Source: Acidobacteria bacterium UBA6911
Lineage (GTDB): Bacteria; Acidobacteriota; UBA6911; RPQK01; JAJDTT01
Assembly: GCA_963579905.1 (NCBI GenBank)
Contig: CAUZIZ010000009.1
Coordinates: forward strand, 1,333-65,332
DNA length: 64,000 bases
Direction: 5' to 3'
Shown: one piece after another, positions 1 to 9,470 of the stretch
How the letters are laid out: each line of letters starts with the position of its first letter
How positions within the stretch are numbered: position 1 is the first letter of the stretch
Made by a program: the position numbers and the translations under genes
Notes under the pieces: model-generated
What the model saw: only the letters and a program-made list of their open reading frames with translations
Databases searched by the model: none
What the model was told of the DNA's origin: nothing

Positions 1-1077
1 GTCGAGCGACTTCGGGATGCCGGGGCCGTCCTGCTGGGCAAGCTGTCCATGAGTGAGCTGGCCGCCGGGGGGCAGCCTGATGCCGCGCTGAACGGGCCGG
101 TGCACAATCCCTGGAAACTGGATCACTGGACCTTCGGCTCCTCGACCGGCCCAGCCGCGAGTGTGGCGGCAGGGTTGGCGGCGTTTGCCATCGGTTCGGA
201 GACGACTACATCGATTCTTCGCCCCGCCAGCACCACCGGTATCGTCGGCTTGCGGCCGACCTACGGCCGGGTGAGCCGACACGGGATAATGCCGCTGAGC
301 TGGACCATGGACAAGGTGGGGCCCATGGCCCGCCGTGTGGCCGACTGTGCGACGGTCCTAGACGCCATCCATGGCGCCGATCCCAATGACCCCACGTCGA
401 TCAGCGCTCCGTTCGATTTCCTTCCCGGGGAGAAAACGGCGGGGCGGCGCGTGGGAGTCGTCCGCGCGGAGTTCCAGCAGCTCGGCGATCTTCCCGTAGC
501 GGAGACCTACCGGCAGGCTCTCGATGTGCTGCAGGGCCTCGGGGTGATCCTGGAGGACGCCCAGCTACCTAGCTTTCCCTACCGGGAGGTCACCAGCTTC
601 ATCTGGCAGGTGGAGGGCTTCTCCGTTTTTGAACCGTGGCTCAGGGACGGCAGACTCCAGCGAGCCCTGGTGAACAAGGATCGCTGGATAGGCTGGAGAG
701 CGGCAGCCCTGATCCCGGCGCCGGATTATATGAAGGCGCTCCGCATTCGCCAGGCCATCGTCCGCGCTGTCGGCGAGTTGACACGCAGGTTCGACGTCCT
801 CGTAGCGCCCATGAATCCCCTGGGGGCGAGGCCCATAGAGCGGCCGACGAATACCGGCACCTCGGGTCGCCCCAATCTCGAACCCAGGCTCCAGTACCAG
901 GGAACCCTGGCGGGTATCCCGGCGATCTCGGTACCTTGCGGATTCACGGCCCGGGGCTTGCCCGGGGGCCTGGCCTTTGCAGCAGGCGACATGAGAGACA
1001 GCGCGGCCTGTCAGATGGCCCATGCCTTTGAACAGGCGACAGGGTGGCATCGGCACCGGCCTACTTTTCGTGAATAG
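1..1077 (+). CDS. Amidase (amidase-signature family), 5'-truncated by the window edge
   Basis: Frame open from base 1 (VERLRDAGAVLLGKLSM...). Contains NPW, GSSTG, AIGSETTTSILRPA and GLRPTYGRVS signature motifs. Confidence 0.92.
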   Translation, partial: VERLRDAGAVLLGKLSMSELAAGGQPDAALNGPVHNPWKLDHWTFGSSTGPAASVAAGLAAFAIGSETTTSILRPASTTGIVGLRPTYGRVSRHGIMPLSWTMDKVGPMARRVADCATVLDAIHGADPNDPTSISAPFDFLPGEKTAGRRVGVVRAEFQQLGDLPVAETYRQALDVLQGLGVILEDAQLPSFPYREVTSFIWQVEGFSVFEPWLRDGRLQRALVNKDRWIGWRAAALIPAPDYMKALRIRQAIVRAVGELTRRFDVLVAPMNPLGARPIERPTNTGTSGRPNLEPRLQYQGTLAGIPAISVPCGFTARGLPGGLAFAAGDMRDSAACQMAHAFEQATGWHRHRPTFRE

Positions 1078-1199
1078 GTGGTGCTGGCTAAAAACGCTGC
1101 CAGCCACTCGGCGAACGGCCTTCGGCGTCTTTAGCAGGAGGCCGGCAAGACTGGTTATCATGGATCTCTTCAATAGTGGAATGGCTCGACCATTCCCAA

Positions 1200-1429
1200 C
1201 TAAGCTGAAACTTCAACCACGAGGAAGCGAAGCAACCTTCGCCAATTGACAGAGCCGTGACTGTCAGGGAGCGGGCCCGACAGGGACCATAACCCCAGGC
1301 GCTTCGTTGAAGTACAGGATCCCACTCCCTCACGTTCATGGCTCTGTCAGCGCTGCTAGCGATGATCATGGCAGAGGCAATCCCAGTTTCTTTCTCGAAT
1401 GGGGCCAGGGCTTTCTGGGGCGGGACTGA
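1200..1429 (+). mobile_element. Modular repeat cassette A (L end, REPIN cargo type 1, R end)
   Basis: CTAAGCTGAAACTTCA at 1200-1215. Inverted pair TGACAGAGCCGTGAC..AGGGAG / CTCCCTCACGTTCATGGCTCTGTCA spans 1247-1349. AGTTTCTTTCTCGAATGGGGCCAG..TGGGGCGGGACTGA at 1385-1429. The 3' part recurs inverted at about 13730-13812. Confidence 0.8.
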
Positions 1430-1574
1430 CCTCCATTCAGCAGGATATTGGACAAGGGGAGTGGGGCTTCGACGATTTGATCGAAATCCGGTGGTGGACG
1501 AGAATAGAATTGCGGGGTGCTCGCTTCGATCGAACGAGGACGGACCTGGCTATTTCGAAATGAGGGAGTAGGGG

Positions 1575-2689
1575 ATGAGCGGAATACGGGTTCTAGTAGG
1601 CACACAGAAAGGTGCCTTCATTCTGTCAGCCGATGGCAGCCGTGAGAATTGGGAGGTCAATGTGCCACATTTTGGGGGCTGGGAGATCTTTCACGTCAAG
1701 GGATCGCCCACCGAGCCGAATCGAATCTATGTGTCACAGTTCACCTAATGGTCCCGGTAGACGATCCAGCGGTCCGATGACGGGGGGATACTTGGGAGCA
1801 GGTGGGCAACGAGTTCACCTACGATGGCGAGCCTGGCACCCACCAGTGGTATGACGGCACGCCTCATCCCTGGGAGTTCAAGCGTGTCTGGCATCTCGAA
1901 CCGTCCCTAATCGATCCGGATACGGTCTATGCCGGAGCTGAGGATGCGGCCTTGTTTGTCACCCATGACGCAGGGAAGACATGGCAAGAGCTGGCCGGAC
2001 TGCGCCGCCACGATTCAGGTCCAAAATGGCAGCCCGGAGCCGGCGGCCTGTGTTTGCACACGATCCTTCTTGATCCTACTGAACCCGAGCGGATATTCGT
2101 CGCCATCTCGGCGGCGGGCGCGTTCCGATCCGAAGATGCCGGGAAGACCTGGCAGCCGATCACCCGCGGACTGCGGTCCGAGTACATCCCTGAGCCGGAG
2201 GCCGAGGTAGGACACTGCGTGCACCGGATCGCCATGCACCCCTCGCGTCCCAATGTGCTGTTCATGCAAAAACACTGGGACGTTATGCGCAGCGACGACG
2301 GTGGCGACCACTGGAGGGAGGTCAGTGGAAATCTGACGAGCGACTTCGGGTTCCCGATCGAAGTGCATGCCCACGAGCCCGAGACCGTCTACGTGGTTCC
2401 GATCAAGAGCGACTCGGAGCATTTTCCGCCGGACGGTAAGCTGCGCGTCTATCGCAGTCGGACTGGTGGAGACGAGTGGGAACCGCTCACCAACGGTCTG
2501 CCTCAGCGGGACTGCTACGTCAACGTGCTGCGGGACGCGATGGCCGTCGACTCGCTCGACCCGTGCGGCATCTACTTTGGTACTACCGGCGGACAGGTGT
2601 GCGTCTCAGCCGATGGCGGAGACAGCCGGTCTCCAATCGTCCATGAGCTCCCGAGGGTTGTTTCGGTTGAGGTGCAGACATTGGCGTGA
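1575..2689 (+). pseudogene. BNR/Asp-box beta-propeller (exo-sialidase-like) protein, disrupted
   Basis: ATG 1575 gives [17 protein letters not shown]. In-frame TAA 1746 and TAG 1758, then a frameshift in a G-run near 1785 into ORF 1802-2689. Asp-boxes SEDAGKTW and SDDGGDHW present. Confidence 0.85.
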
Positions 2690-2746
2690 TTGGGGGCGTT
2701 CAGGGACGTGGGCGTCCTGCGCTCGCTGTTGGATCGGGAAACGGAG

Positions 2747-3042
2747 ATGATCTGAATCGTACTTCCCTATCATCTACGAGGACTGGTGGAGTTGGACGGC
2801 GAGGTGGGGCCGAAGTCGAAGGTCCCCCGATCCAGCGAGCCATCCTGGATGCGCTGGAGGCGCACTATACCGCTCTCCGTGCGATGATCCGCGACCATGT
2901 CACGCACAAGCGGCTGCCCTTCCTGAGGTTTTTCGCCTGCGAGCAAGACCTCTCCCATGAACCGCGCGATGCCCCGCTGCCGGACGCAGTCGCCTAGGGA
3001 AAAGAGCCCTTTCTGATCATTGGTGCTATTGCTGGTGGGTAG
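2747..3042 (+). pseudogene. MoaD/ThiS-like ubiquitin-fold protein, disrupted
   Basis: Reads MI*IVLPYHLR..[frameshift]..RPFLRFFACEQDLSH-like..AVA*GKEPFLIIGAIAGG*. C-terminal GG present; internal TGA 2753 and TAG 2995. Confidence 0.8.
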
Positions 3043-3132
3043 GATCTCGGACCGCGCCAGCACTGCGGGTCAGAACAAGCCTGGGGCAAGTGCGGGGACC
3101 GACTAAGGGCCTGCGCAGCGACACATAGACCT

Positions 3133-4044
3133 CTAAAACGTTTTCGTCCCCGGCACTTTGGTGGGGACGTAGTACACGGATGTCCGCGCGGTGATGTAGA
3201 GTCCAAGAATTCCGCGGCCCCAACAGCAATTCGACGGCTGTTCCGGAGTGACAATCGTACCCAAGTGATTCCCCGTCGGGCTAAAGATCCACAGTCCGCC
3301 AGGTCCGGACGAGTAAACGTTGCCCAACTCGTCGGTCTTGAGGCCGAACCGGCCGCCTGACTCATCGGCCGAAAACTCGGCAAACACGCGGCCCTGGCCC
3401 AGAGTTCCGTCGTCGTTGAGCGGCTGGACACGGATGTTCTTTCGGCCGCCATCGGCCACGTACAGCAGGTTTTGCCGCGGGCCGAGTGCAACGCCGCTGG
3501 GGCGCGCGTATTCCTGGGAAACCCGCTCCAGCCTGCTTGCTCCGGGTACCTGCGTGCGCGCGATGCGATAGACGGCCGACAGGTTGGTTCGCTGGGGGTC
3601 GGTCGGGCTCCTACGCGACAGGTCACTGAAGTAGACCGAGCCGTCGATGTTGTAGACAAGATCGTTGGGCCCGTCGAGACGCTTGCCTCGATAACGGTCC
3701 GCCAAGACGGTGATCGAGCCGTTCTTCTCGGTTCGCGTCACCCGCCCAGCGTCCTGCTCACATGTGAGCAACCTTCCCTGATGATCGAAGGTCAGTCCAC
3801 AAGCACCTTGGGACTCTTCGCGAAAGACCGTCAGTTTGCCTCCGCTTGGCTCGTTTTCCCAAACGGGAATCGTCCACTTATAGATCTTCTTGCGAGCCAA
3901 GTCGCTAAATAGGAGGAACCCGATGCGGCTGAAGACGGGACCTGTAGTCGCCTGAAAACCGTCGGCTACTCTGACGATCTGGGCACGTCGCTCCACCAGA
4001 TCAAACATATCGGGATGTTGGGCGTAGATTCCCGGCGCTCGCAT
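3133..4044 (-). CDS. SMP-30/gluconolactonase/LRE family protein
   Basis: GLTFDHQGRLLTCE, GPNDLVY..DGSVYFSD, GLKTDELGNVY and PSNCCWG motifs. Several normally conserved metal ligands look substituted. Confidence 0.85.
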   Translation of the reverse strand: MRAPGIYAQHPDMFDLVERRAQIVRVADGFQATTGPVFSRIGFLLFSDLARKKIYKWTIPVWENEPSGGKLTVFREESQGACGLTFDHQGRLLTCEQDAGRVTRTEKNGSITVLADRYRGKRLDGPNDLVYNIDGSVYFSDLSRRSPTDPQRTNLSAVYRIARTQVPGASRLERVSQEYARPSGVALGPRQNLLYVADGGRKNIRVQPLNDDGTLGQGRVFAEFSADESGGRFGLKTDELGNVYSSGPGGLWIFSPTGNHLGTIVTPEQPSNCCWGRGILGLYITARTSVYYVPTKVPGTKTF

Positions 4045-4045
4045 C

Positions 4046-5281
4046 TCAGGATCCCAATCCGTGGGCGTAGTAGGATTGTGCGGGTCCCCGGTAGCGGATG
4101 TCGAGCATCGGTGTCTTGATCCGCACCTGTCCGCGATACCAGGAGTCCATCAGGAACGAGAGCGCGCCGCTGGTCAGCAGCGTCCGTTCCACCGGATAGT
4201 CGAGTGTGTCCCTTGTGAACATCCGTCCAATGGAGTCAACCAGTGGGCTGAAGTTGTTGGAGTTTTCGATGGGGATGTAACAAAGGGTTGCCTTCGGCTC
4301 ACGCTCTCCTTTGACCTTGACCGCGACCAGGTACTCGGTCACCTTGCCGCCCAGGCCGAGGGCCGTAGCGCGAAAACCGTCGTTGTATTCGATCAGACAG
4401 GCGACGGGCCTTTCGGCTATCTCCTCGACGGGGCCCGGCGTGACCTTCTCACCTCTCGCGAGCGCAGCATCCAGAAGGCTGCGGCTCCAGCGACCGTGGT
4501 CCGCAGCTTCCCAGACGGCATTGTCGGCAAGTAACTGCACGGCCTTGACGCCGGTCTCGCCACCCGCCCGGCGCTCGGCGAGGCACTGTAGCATCTCCAG
4601 CAGATGAAACAGTCCCCCATCAGACAGCCAACCGCCGCCGACGGCGAGAACTTCATCCAGCTGCGTGTCGAGAGGAAACTCCAGCTCGGGGCGGCGAAAG
4701 GTCACCGAAACCGACGAACCCGACATCAAGGGGAATTTCAGTTCCTTCGACCAGTCGTACATCTGCTTCGACTTTTCCCAGTCGAAGGAGAGCTGCTTGT
4801 CGTTGAAGACTGGTACGGACCGACCCGATCGCCTGAAGACGCTCACGACCTCCTCCATGAAACGATGGCGTGGGTAGAGCTTCTGGTTCTTGACATTTGT
4901 CGGATAGTCGCCGTGCTCACCGATGAGCAGGACACCATCCACGGCTAGATCTTTGCCGCCCAGGGTGAGTGCTTCCTGAATCGTTGGGTACGTCGAGACG
5001 CCCCAGCTTTTCGCGAGCCGCCTGCTGATGTCGGCTTCGTGCTCCTGTTCGACGAACAACGACCCCACCTCGCAAGGCGGCTCGTAGTATCGATCGTTGA
5101 TCCAGTAGCCCTCCAGGAAACGCGTGATGAAATTGTCGCTGTGCGAGCGGACATGATAGGTTGTCGACAGCGCCGCGATCTTCTTGCGCCCTGAAGCCAG
5201 CGTCGCCGCCAGCTCCCAGGAGGCCGTGGCCCCAATTATCCCCGCCGCCGCCGCCGTTTTTAGAAAGCTCCTTCGATCCAT
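4046..5281 (-). CDS. Tat-exported conserved hypothetical protein (possibly a divergent Rossmann-like oxidoreductase)
   Basis: DRRSFLK twin-arginine signal. LAVDGVLLIGEHGDYP, PVFNDKQLS and YPVERTLLTSG segments recalled as conserved in a widespread uncharacterised family. Confidence 0.7.
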   Translation of the reverse strand: MDRRSFLKTAAAAGIIGATASWELAATLASGRKKIAALSTTYHVRSHSDNFITRFLEGYWINDRYYEPPCEVGSLFVEQEHEADISRRLAKSWGVSTYPTIQEALTLGGKDLAVDGVLLIGEHGDYPTNVKNQKLYPRHRFMEEVVSVFRRSGRSVPVFNDKQLSFDWEKSKQMYDWSKELKFPLMSGSSVSVTFRRPELEFPLDTQLDEVLAVGGGWLSDGGLFHLLEMLQCLAERRAGGETGVKAVQLLADNAVWEAADHGRWSRSLLDAALARGEKVTPGPVEEIAERPVACLIEYNDGFRATALGLGGKVTEYLVAVKVKGEREPKATLCYIPIENSNNFSPLVDSIGRMFTRDTLDYPVERTLLTSGALSFLMDSWYRGQVRIKTPMLDIRYRGPAQSYYAHGLGS

Positions 5282-5315
5282 TACAGGTCCGTGGTCAGTG
5301 GTCCTTGGTCCATCG

Positions 5316-6578
5316 TCACACGTCGACGACCGCGGATTGAGCCATGTTGGAGATGCTGTTCAGCAAGACTTTTCGCCGATGAGAGCTAGTGGTCAGAAGC
5401 ACGACGATCAGTTGATGCACCGGATCAGCCCAGGCCACGGTGCCGGTGGCTCCCACGTGACCAAAGGTGCCGGCCGATCCCAGGTTGCCGAAGTAGTTCC
5501 ACACGAGCGAGTCCCGAAGTGCCCAACCCAATCCCCAGGGAGCCCCAATGGCGCCATTGTGATCTCGGGTCATGGCGGCTATCGTGACTGGTGAAAAGAG
5601 TCTGAACTGGCTGTAGTCCCCGCCGTTGAGAAATGTCTGGAGCAGTATAGCCAAGTCTCTAGGGGTACTGTGCAGGCCACCCCAGGGGTGACCCATGTCG
5701 CGCCAGTAGGGCGAATTTGGGCCCCACCTCCTGGAGTCCTCTGAATCGCCGTGGTCCTCCTGGACGATCGCGGTGTCTTCGATACTCAATCCGTCCAGGC
5801 CGAGAACCGAGTGCTTCATATTCAGCGGCTCGAACATCTCCCGGCGTAAAAAGTCGCGTAAACGGTTTCCCGAGACACGCTCGGTGATTTCGGCGGCCAG
5901 CAGCGTTCCCATGCTCTGATAAGCGAACTGAGTGCCTGGTCCGTACAGCAAGGGCGTCTGCAGCGCTCCGGCGACGAATTCGCTAAGCGGGGCATGAGCC
6001 CGTCGCAACTCGACGTTTTCCGGCAACATGTCAGGCATGCCTGAAGTGTGAGACAGTAGATGCCAAACCTTTACCTGATCCTTGTGATCGCCCTGGAATT
6101 CTGGCAGGTAACGCTGTACAGCGTCCGATAGGTCCACTTTGCCGTTCTCGACCAGCAACATCAACCCGCAGACGCTGACCGGCTTGGAAATGGAAGCAAG
6201 CAGATAGACGGTGTTCGGTTGGGTGGCCGGGGAATCAGGATGTGGATTAAGCCTGCCGAACCCACGGTGGAGAATCACCTTACCGTGGCGGGCCACCAGG
6301 ACAGACGCCGAAGTAACATCGCCGTTCTGCGTCTCGGCTTCAAGGTGATCGGTGATTCGCGCGAGTCGTTCGGCCGACATGCCGACGTCGGCCGGCTCGC
6401 CGGGTTCGAGAACTTGTATGCCCCTGGTTTGAGGTCCCATTTTCGGCTCAGCAGTGCTCCGGGAATCCGCTCGATTCTGCAGAAACTCAGCTTGGCTGAT
6501 GCCCATAACGCCGAGTGTCCCAGTCTGAAACCACCGCCGTCGTGTGTAGGTGTTGCACCGTCGTGTCGGTGAGTTCAT
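5316..6578 (-). CDS. Serine hydrolase, beta-lactamase/class C-like family
   Basis: SISK (SxxK), LLSHTSG, FAYQS and FGHVG motifs; N-terminal RRRWF Tat-like signal. Confidence 0.9.
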   Translation of the reverse strand: MNSPTRRCNTYTRRRWFQTGTLGVMGISQAEFLQNRADSRSTAEPKMGPQTRGIQVLEPGEPADVGMSAERLARITDHLEAETQNGDVTSASVLVARHGKVILHRGFGRLNPHPDSPATQPNTVYLLASISKPVSVCGLMLLVENGKVDLSDAVQRYLPEFQGDHKDQVKVWHLLSHTSGMPDMLPENVELRRAHAPLSEFVAGALQTPLLYGPGTQFAYQSMGTLLAAEITERVSGNRLRDFLRREMFEPLNMKHSVLGLDGLSIEDTAIVQEDHGDSEDSRRWGPNSPYWRDMGHPWGGLHSTPRDLAILLQTFLNGGDYSQFRLFSPVTIAAMTRDHNGAIGAPWGLGWALRDSLVWNYFGNLGSAGTFGHVGATGTVAWADPVHQLIVVLLTTSSHRRKVLLNSISNMAQSAVVDV

Positions 6579-6796
6579 GGGTCTAGAGTTCGACGTTCGA
6601 ATTGTAGGCTTCTTGAAACAGTCTCACAATAGCCACTGGCCCTGATTGTCATACCAACGCTGCGTAATTTCGCAGCGGTGACTGGCAAGGTCACGGGTCC
6701 AGGGCCGATTGGGGGGACGCACCGCTGTCGGTTTTTTCTCCGGGCGCCTACCTCCGATTGCTGCTGGACCGCCGGAATCAAGGGCACGAGGGGATC

Positions 6797-8384
6797 ATGA
6801 ACGCAATCGGGGTATCGGACTTGGTGAGAACAGTCGTTTACACACGAGGCTGGAGGCGAGTTGGTGTGTGGGCCACAGTGGTCCTGATGGTGGCCGGGCT
6901 CTTTGGTTTTTCCCGCTTCGTCTGTGCCGGCCCCCAGGAGGAGAGTCTCAGAGCAGAGAGCCCGCTCCCCCTCACCTATTTCCAAGGCCGGCCCTTGAGC
7001 ATTGGAAGCCAGGTTCAGCTGTTGGTGGACGACTACATCGTCGAGGATCGCTGGAAGCTCCAGAGACGGGTGGGTCGGGTGAACAAGTTCATGAGAAACC
7101 CGGTCATCGTCCAGGATAAGCCTTGGGAGGATGCGGTAGGAGCCTACCCTTCGGTGCTCTACGACGAGCAGCTGGGCAGGTACCGCATGTGGTACCAGTG
7201 CTTCAACCTCTCGAACTACTTTTCGAAAGAGGGTCCGTCCTACTATGTGGGCTATGCGGAAAGCGAGGACGCCTTCAACTGGACCAAACCCCGCCTGGAA
7301 GGATTCCCGTTCGTCGGGCACGAGTAGACCAACGTCGTCTACACCGGCCGCGGAGGGACTCGGGCGGTGGGCATGCAGGTCTTCCTGAACCCGGATCAGT
7401 CCGATTCGAATCGACGCTTCGTCATGGTCTACATCGGGTCTGGCGGCATCGACATGTCCTACTCAGCGGACGGCTTCCGCTGGACAGAGGTGATCGAGCC
7501 CCTCTTCCGCTACCACAGCGACTTCCCCAACCATCTACTGTGGGTTCCCGAGCGGGACCTCTGGTACCTGTACGTGCGGCCGCCTGTCCATTCAAACGGA
7601 GCGCTGTCCCTGCCCGAAGGATCGCGCCATACGGGCCGTCGGCTGGCTCTTTCCACCAGCCCGGACCTGCGGGGCTGGAGCCTCCCCCGGACGAGAGGGA
7701 CGAGCCCGACTACGACAACCTCTACATCTTCCGCAGGCACGGGCTCTTCATCGCCCTCTATGCCGAGATGTTCCAGGAGGAAGCCCTCAGCGAGACGGAT
7801 ATGTACGTCGCCACCAGCCGTGACGGGATCCGCTGGTGCCCCGGGGTGTTTCGGGGGCCTTCGACCACGGCCTGGTGGAGCCGGGGACCAGCCCGCCCCT
7901 GGAGGTCGGCCCCGATCTGCTCATCTACTACTATGCCTCCCCAGTCGGTCAGTACTACCTGAACCGGGAGACCGGTATCGGTGTCTGCCGCCTCAGAAGG
8001 GACCGCTTTATCGGCCAGCGGGCGGGCGAGGCCACCGGATACCTGCTGACCCGCCAATTCATCCTGGAAGGGAGCCGCCTGGTCATCAATTGCGCCAGCC
8101 TGCATCCCGGGACCCGGCATCCAGGCCATCCCTACCAGAAGGAAAGTGACGGAATCCGAGTGGCCATCATCCAGGCCCCCGATTTCAAGACTCGGGAGAC
8201 CCGTTGGGAGACGGCCGTCCCCGGGTTTGCGCTGGAGGACTGCGACCGCATCTTCACCGACAACCTGAGCCACACCGTGACCTGGAAAGGCGATCCGGAT
8301 CTGAGCCGGCTCAAGGGACATCCCGTGTATCTCCGCTTTCAACTCAAGAACGCCGACCTGTACTCCTTCCAGATACAGCCATGA
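6797..8384 (+). pseudogene. GH32/GH43-like five-bladed propeller family protein (paralogue 1), disrupted
   Basis: Motifs QLLVDDY, YAESEDAFNWTKP, ATSRDGIRW and YLRFQLKNADLYSFQ. In-frame TAG 7325; frame-shifting deletions near 7690 and 7837. Confidence 0.85.
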
Positions 8385-8705
8385 AGCGTCGTGCTGCTGC
8401 GATGCTATTGTTCTCATGCGTGACGCTGGCCCTGGTCAGCTGCTGGAGTCCAGTACTCGATTTCGTCCGTCATGGCTACGCAGTGGACCGCATCGAGTAG
8501 CGCTTGACCGGAGAGGCGATCTTCCCTGCGCAGATTGAAGACTGCAAGGAGGCCATCCGCTGGCTGGGGACGAAGGCGTCGTTGTACGGACTCGACCCGG
8601 CCAGAATGGCGGCATGGGGGCCTTGGCGGCGGGCATCTTGCGGCCCTGCTGGGAACCAGCGGCGGAGTGCTGCAACTGGAGGGGCGCCTGGGCAACCCAT
8701 CAGAT
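8381..8705 (+). pseudogene. Alpha/beta hydrolase (esterase/lipase) fragment
   Basis: [40 protein letters not shown], a frameshift, then [13 protein letters not shown] at 8498 where Tyr is usual; ends at cassette B. Confidence 0.8.
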
Positions 8706-8712
8706 GGTATTG

Positions 8713-8897
8713 TCAGGAGTGCTCCCCCCAGCAGAGTTAACCCCATTCGAGAAAGAAACTTCAGTGTCCCACAGTGGCACGGGCATCCCTGCCCGTGATG
8801 ACCGATCCGTCGAGCCAAGGGCTCGATAATCACGGCCTGGAAGGCCGTGCCACGGTTGGGAATCCTGAACCTGGAACCAAATGAAGTTTTAGCTTAG
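8713..8897 (-). mobile_element. Modular repeat cassette B (cargo type 2)
   Basis: R end CCCCATTCGAGAAAGAAACT 8741-8760. Cargo GTGGCACGGGCATCCCTGCCCGTG..CACGGCCTGGAAGGCCGTGCCAC 8774-8853. L end TGAAGTTTTAGCTTAG 8882-8897. Confidence 0.8.
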
Positions 8898-8966
8898 GAG
8901 GCAGGTTCTCGTACCAGGCCAGGTTAACCATTAGCGGATCGGGGCCGGTAGCGAAGTTGGTGGTCG

Positions 8967-9320
8967 TCATGTACCTCGCAACCGAGCTGGAGATCTTGCA
9001 TCCCTCTCCCGGTTCGCCATTGCGATGGATCGAAACCGCTGAACTCCGCTGGGTGCTCTGCGTAGCGACAAGCGCATAGAGAATTTCCACAGGCGTCTGA
9101 TCCGCGTGGTGAGACGGGGATCGTTGGAGTCCGTCCAGAGGGCCCTGAGAGCGTCCTTGAGGCGCTCGATGTTTTTCTCCTCCACCCGCACGAAGAGATC
9201 GACATCTTCTGTGGCGCGAACGATCCCATGGAGGTTGAGTGCCACACCCCCGATAAGTACGTACTCGACCCCTCGCGCGTCGAGCTCGCGTAGGATCGCC
9301 AGGAACTGGTCAAAACTCAT
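8967..9320 (-). pseudogene. Nucleotidyltransferase (AbiEii/DUF6036-like) N-terminal remnant fused to unrelated sequence
   Basis: MSFDQFLAILRELDARGVEYVLIGGVALNLHGIVRATEDVDLFV carries the GG..DxD NTase motif, then breaks off after about 64 aa. Confidence 0.7.
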
Positions 9321-9470
9321 GATGGCCTCTGAAGAAGAGCAGCACGACCTGGCCGGGTAAGGACGAGGAGGTTTAGGTGGAGGGCTTCTGATAGGGCAAG
9401 GAAGACTGCGATCCAGTACGGTGACAGAGCCCGGTGATGTGCTAGAATCGCGCGCCAGAGGGGGTGTGCA

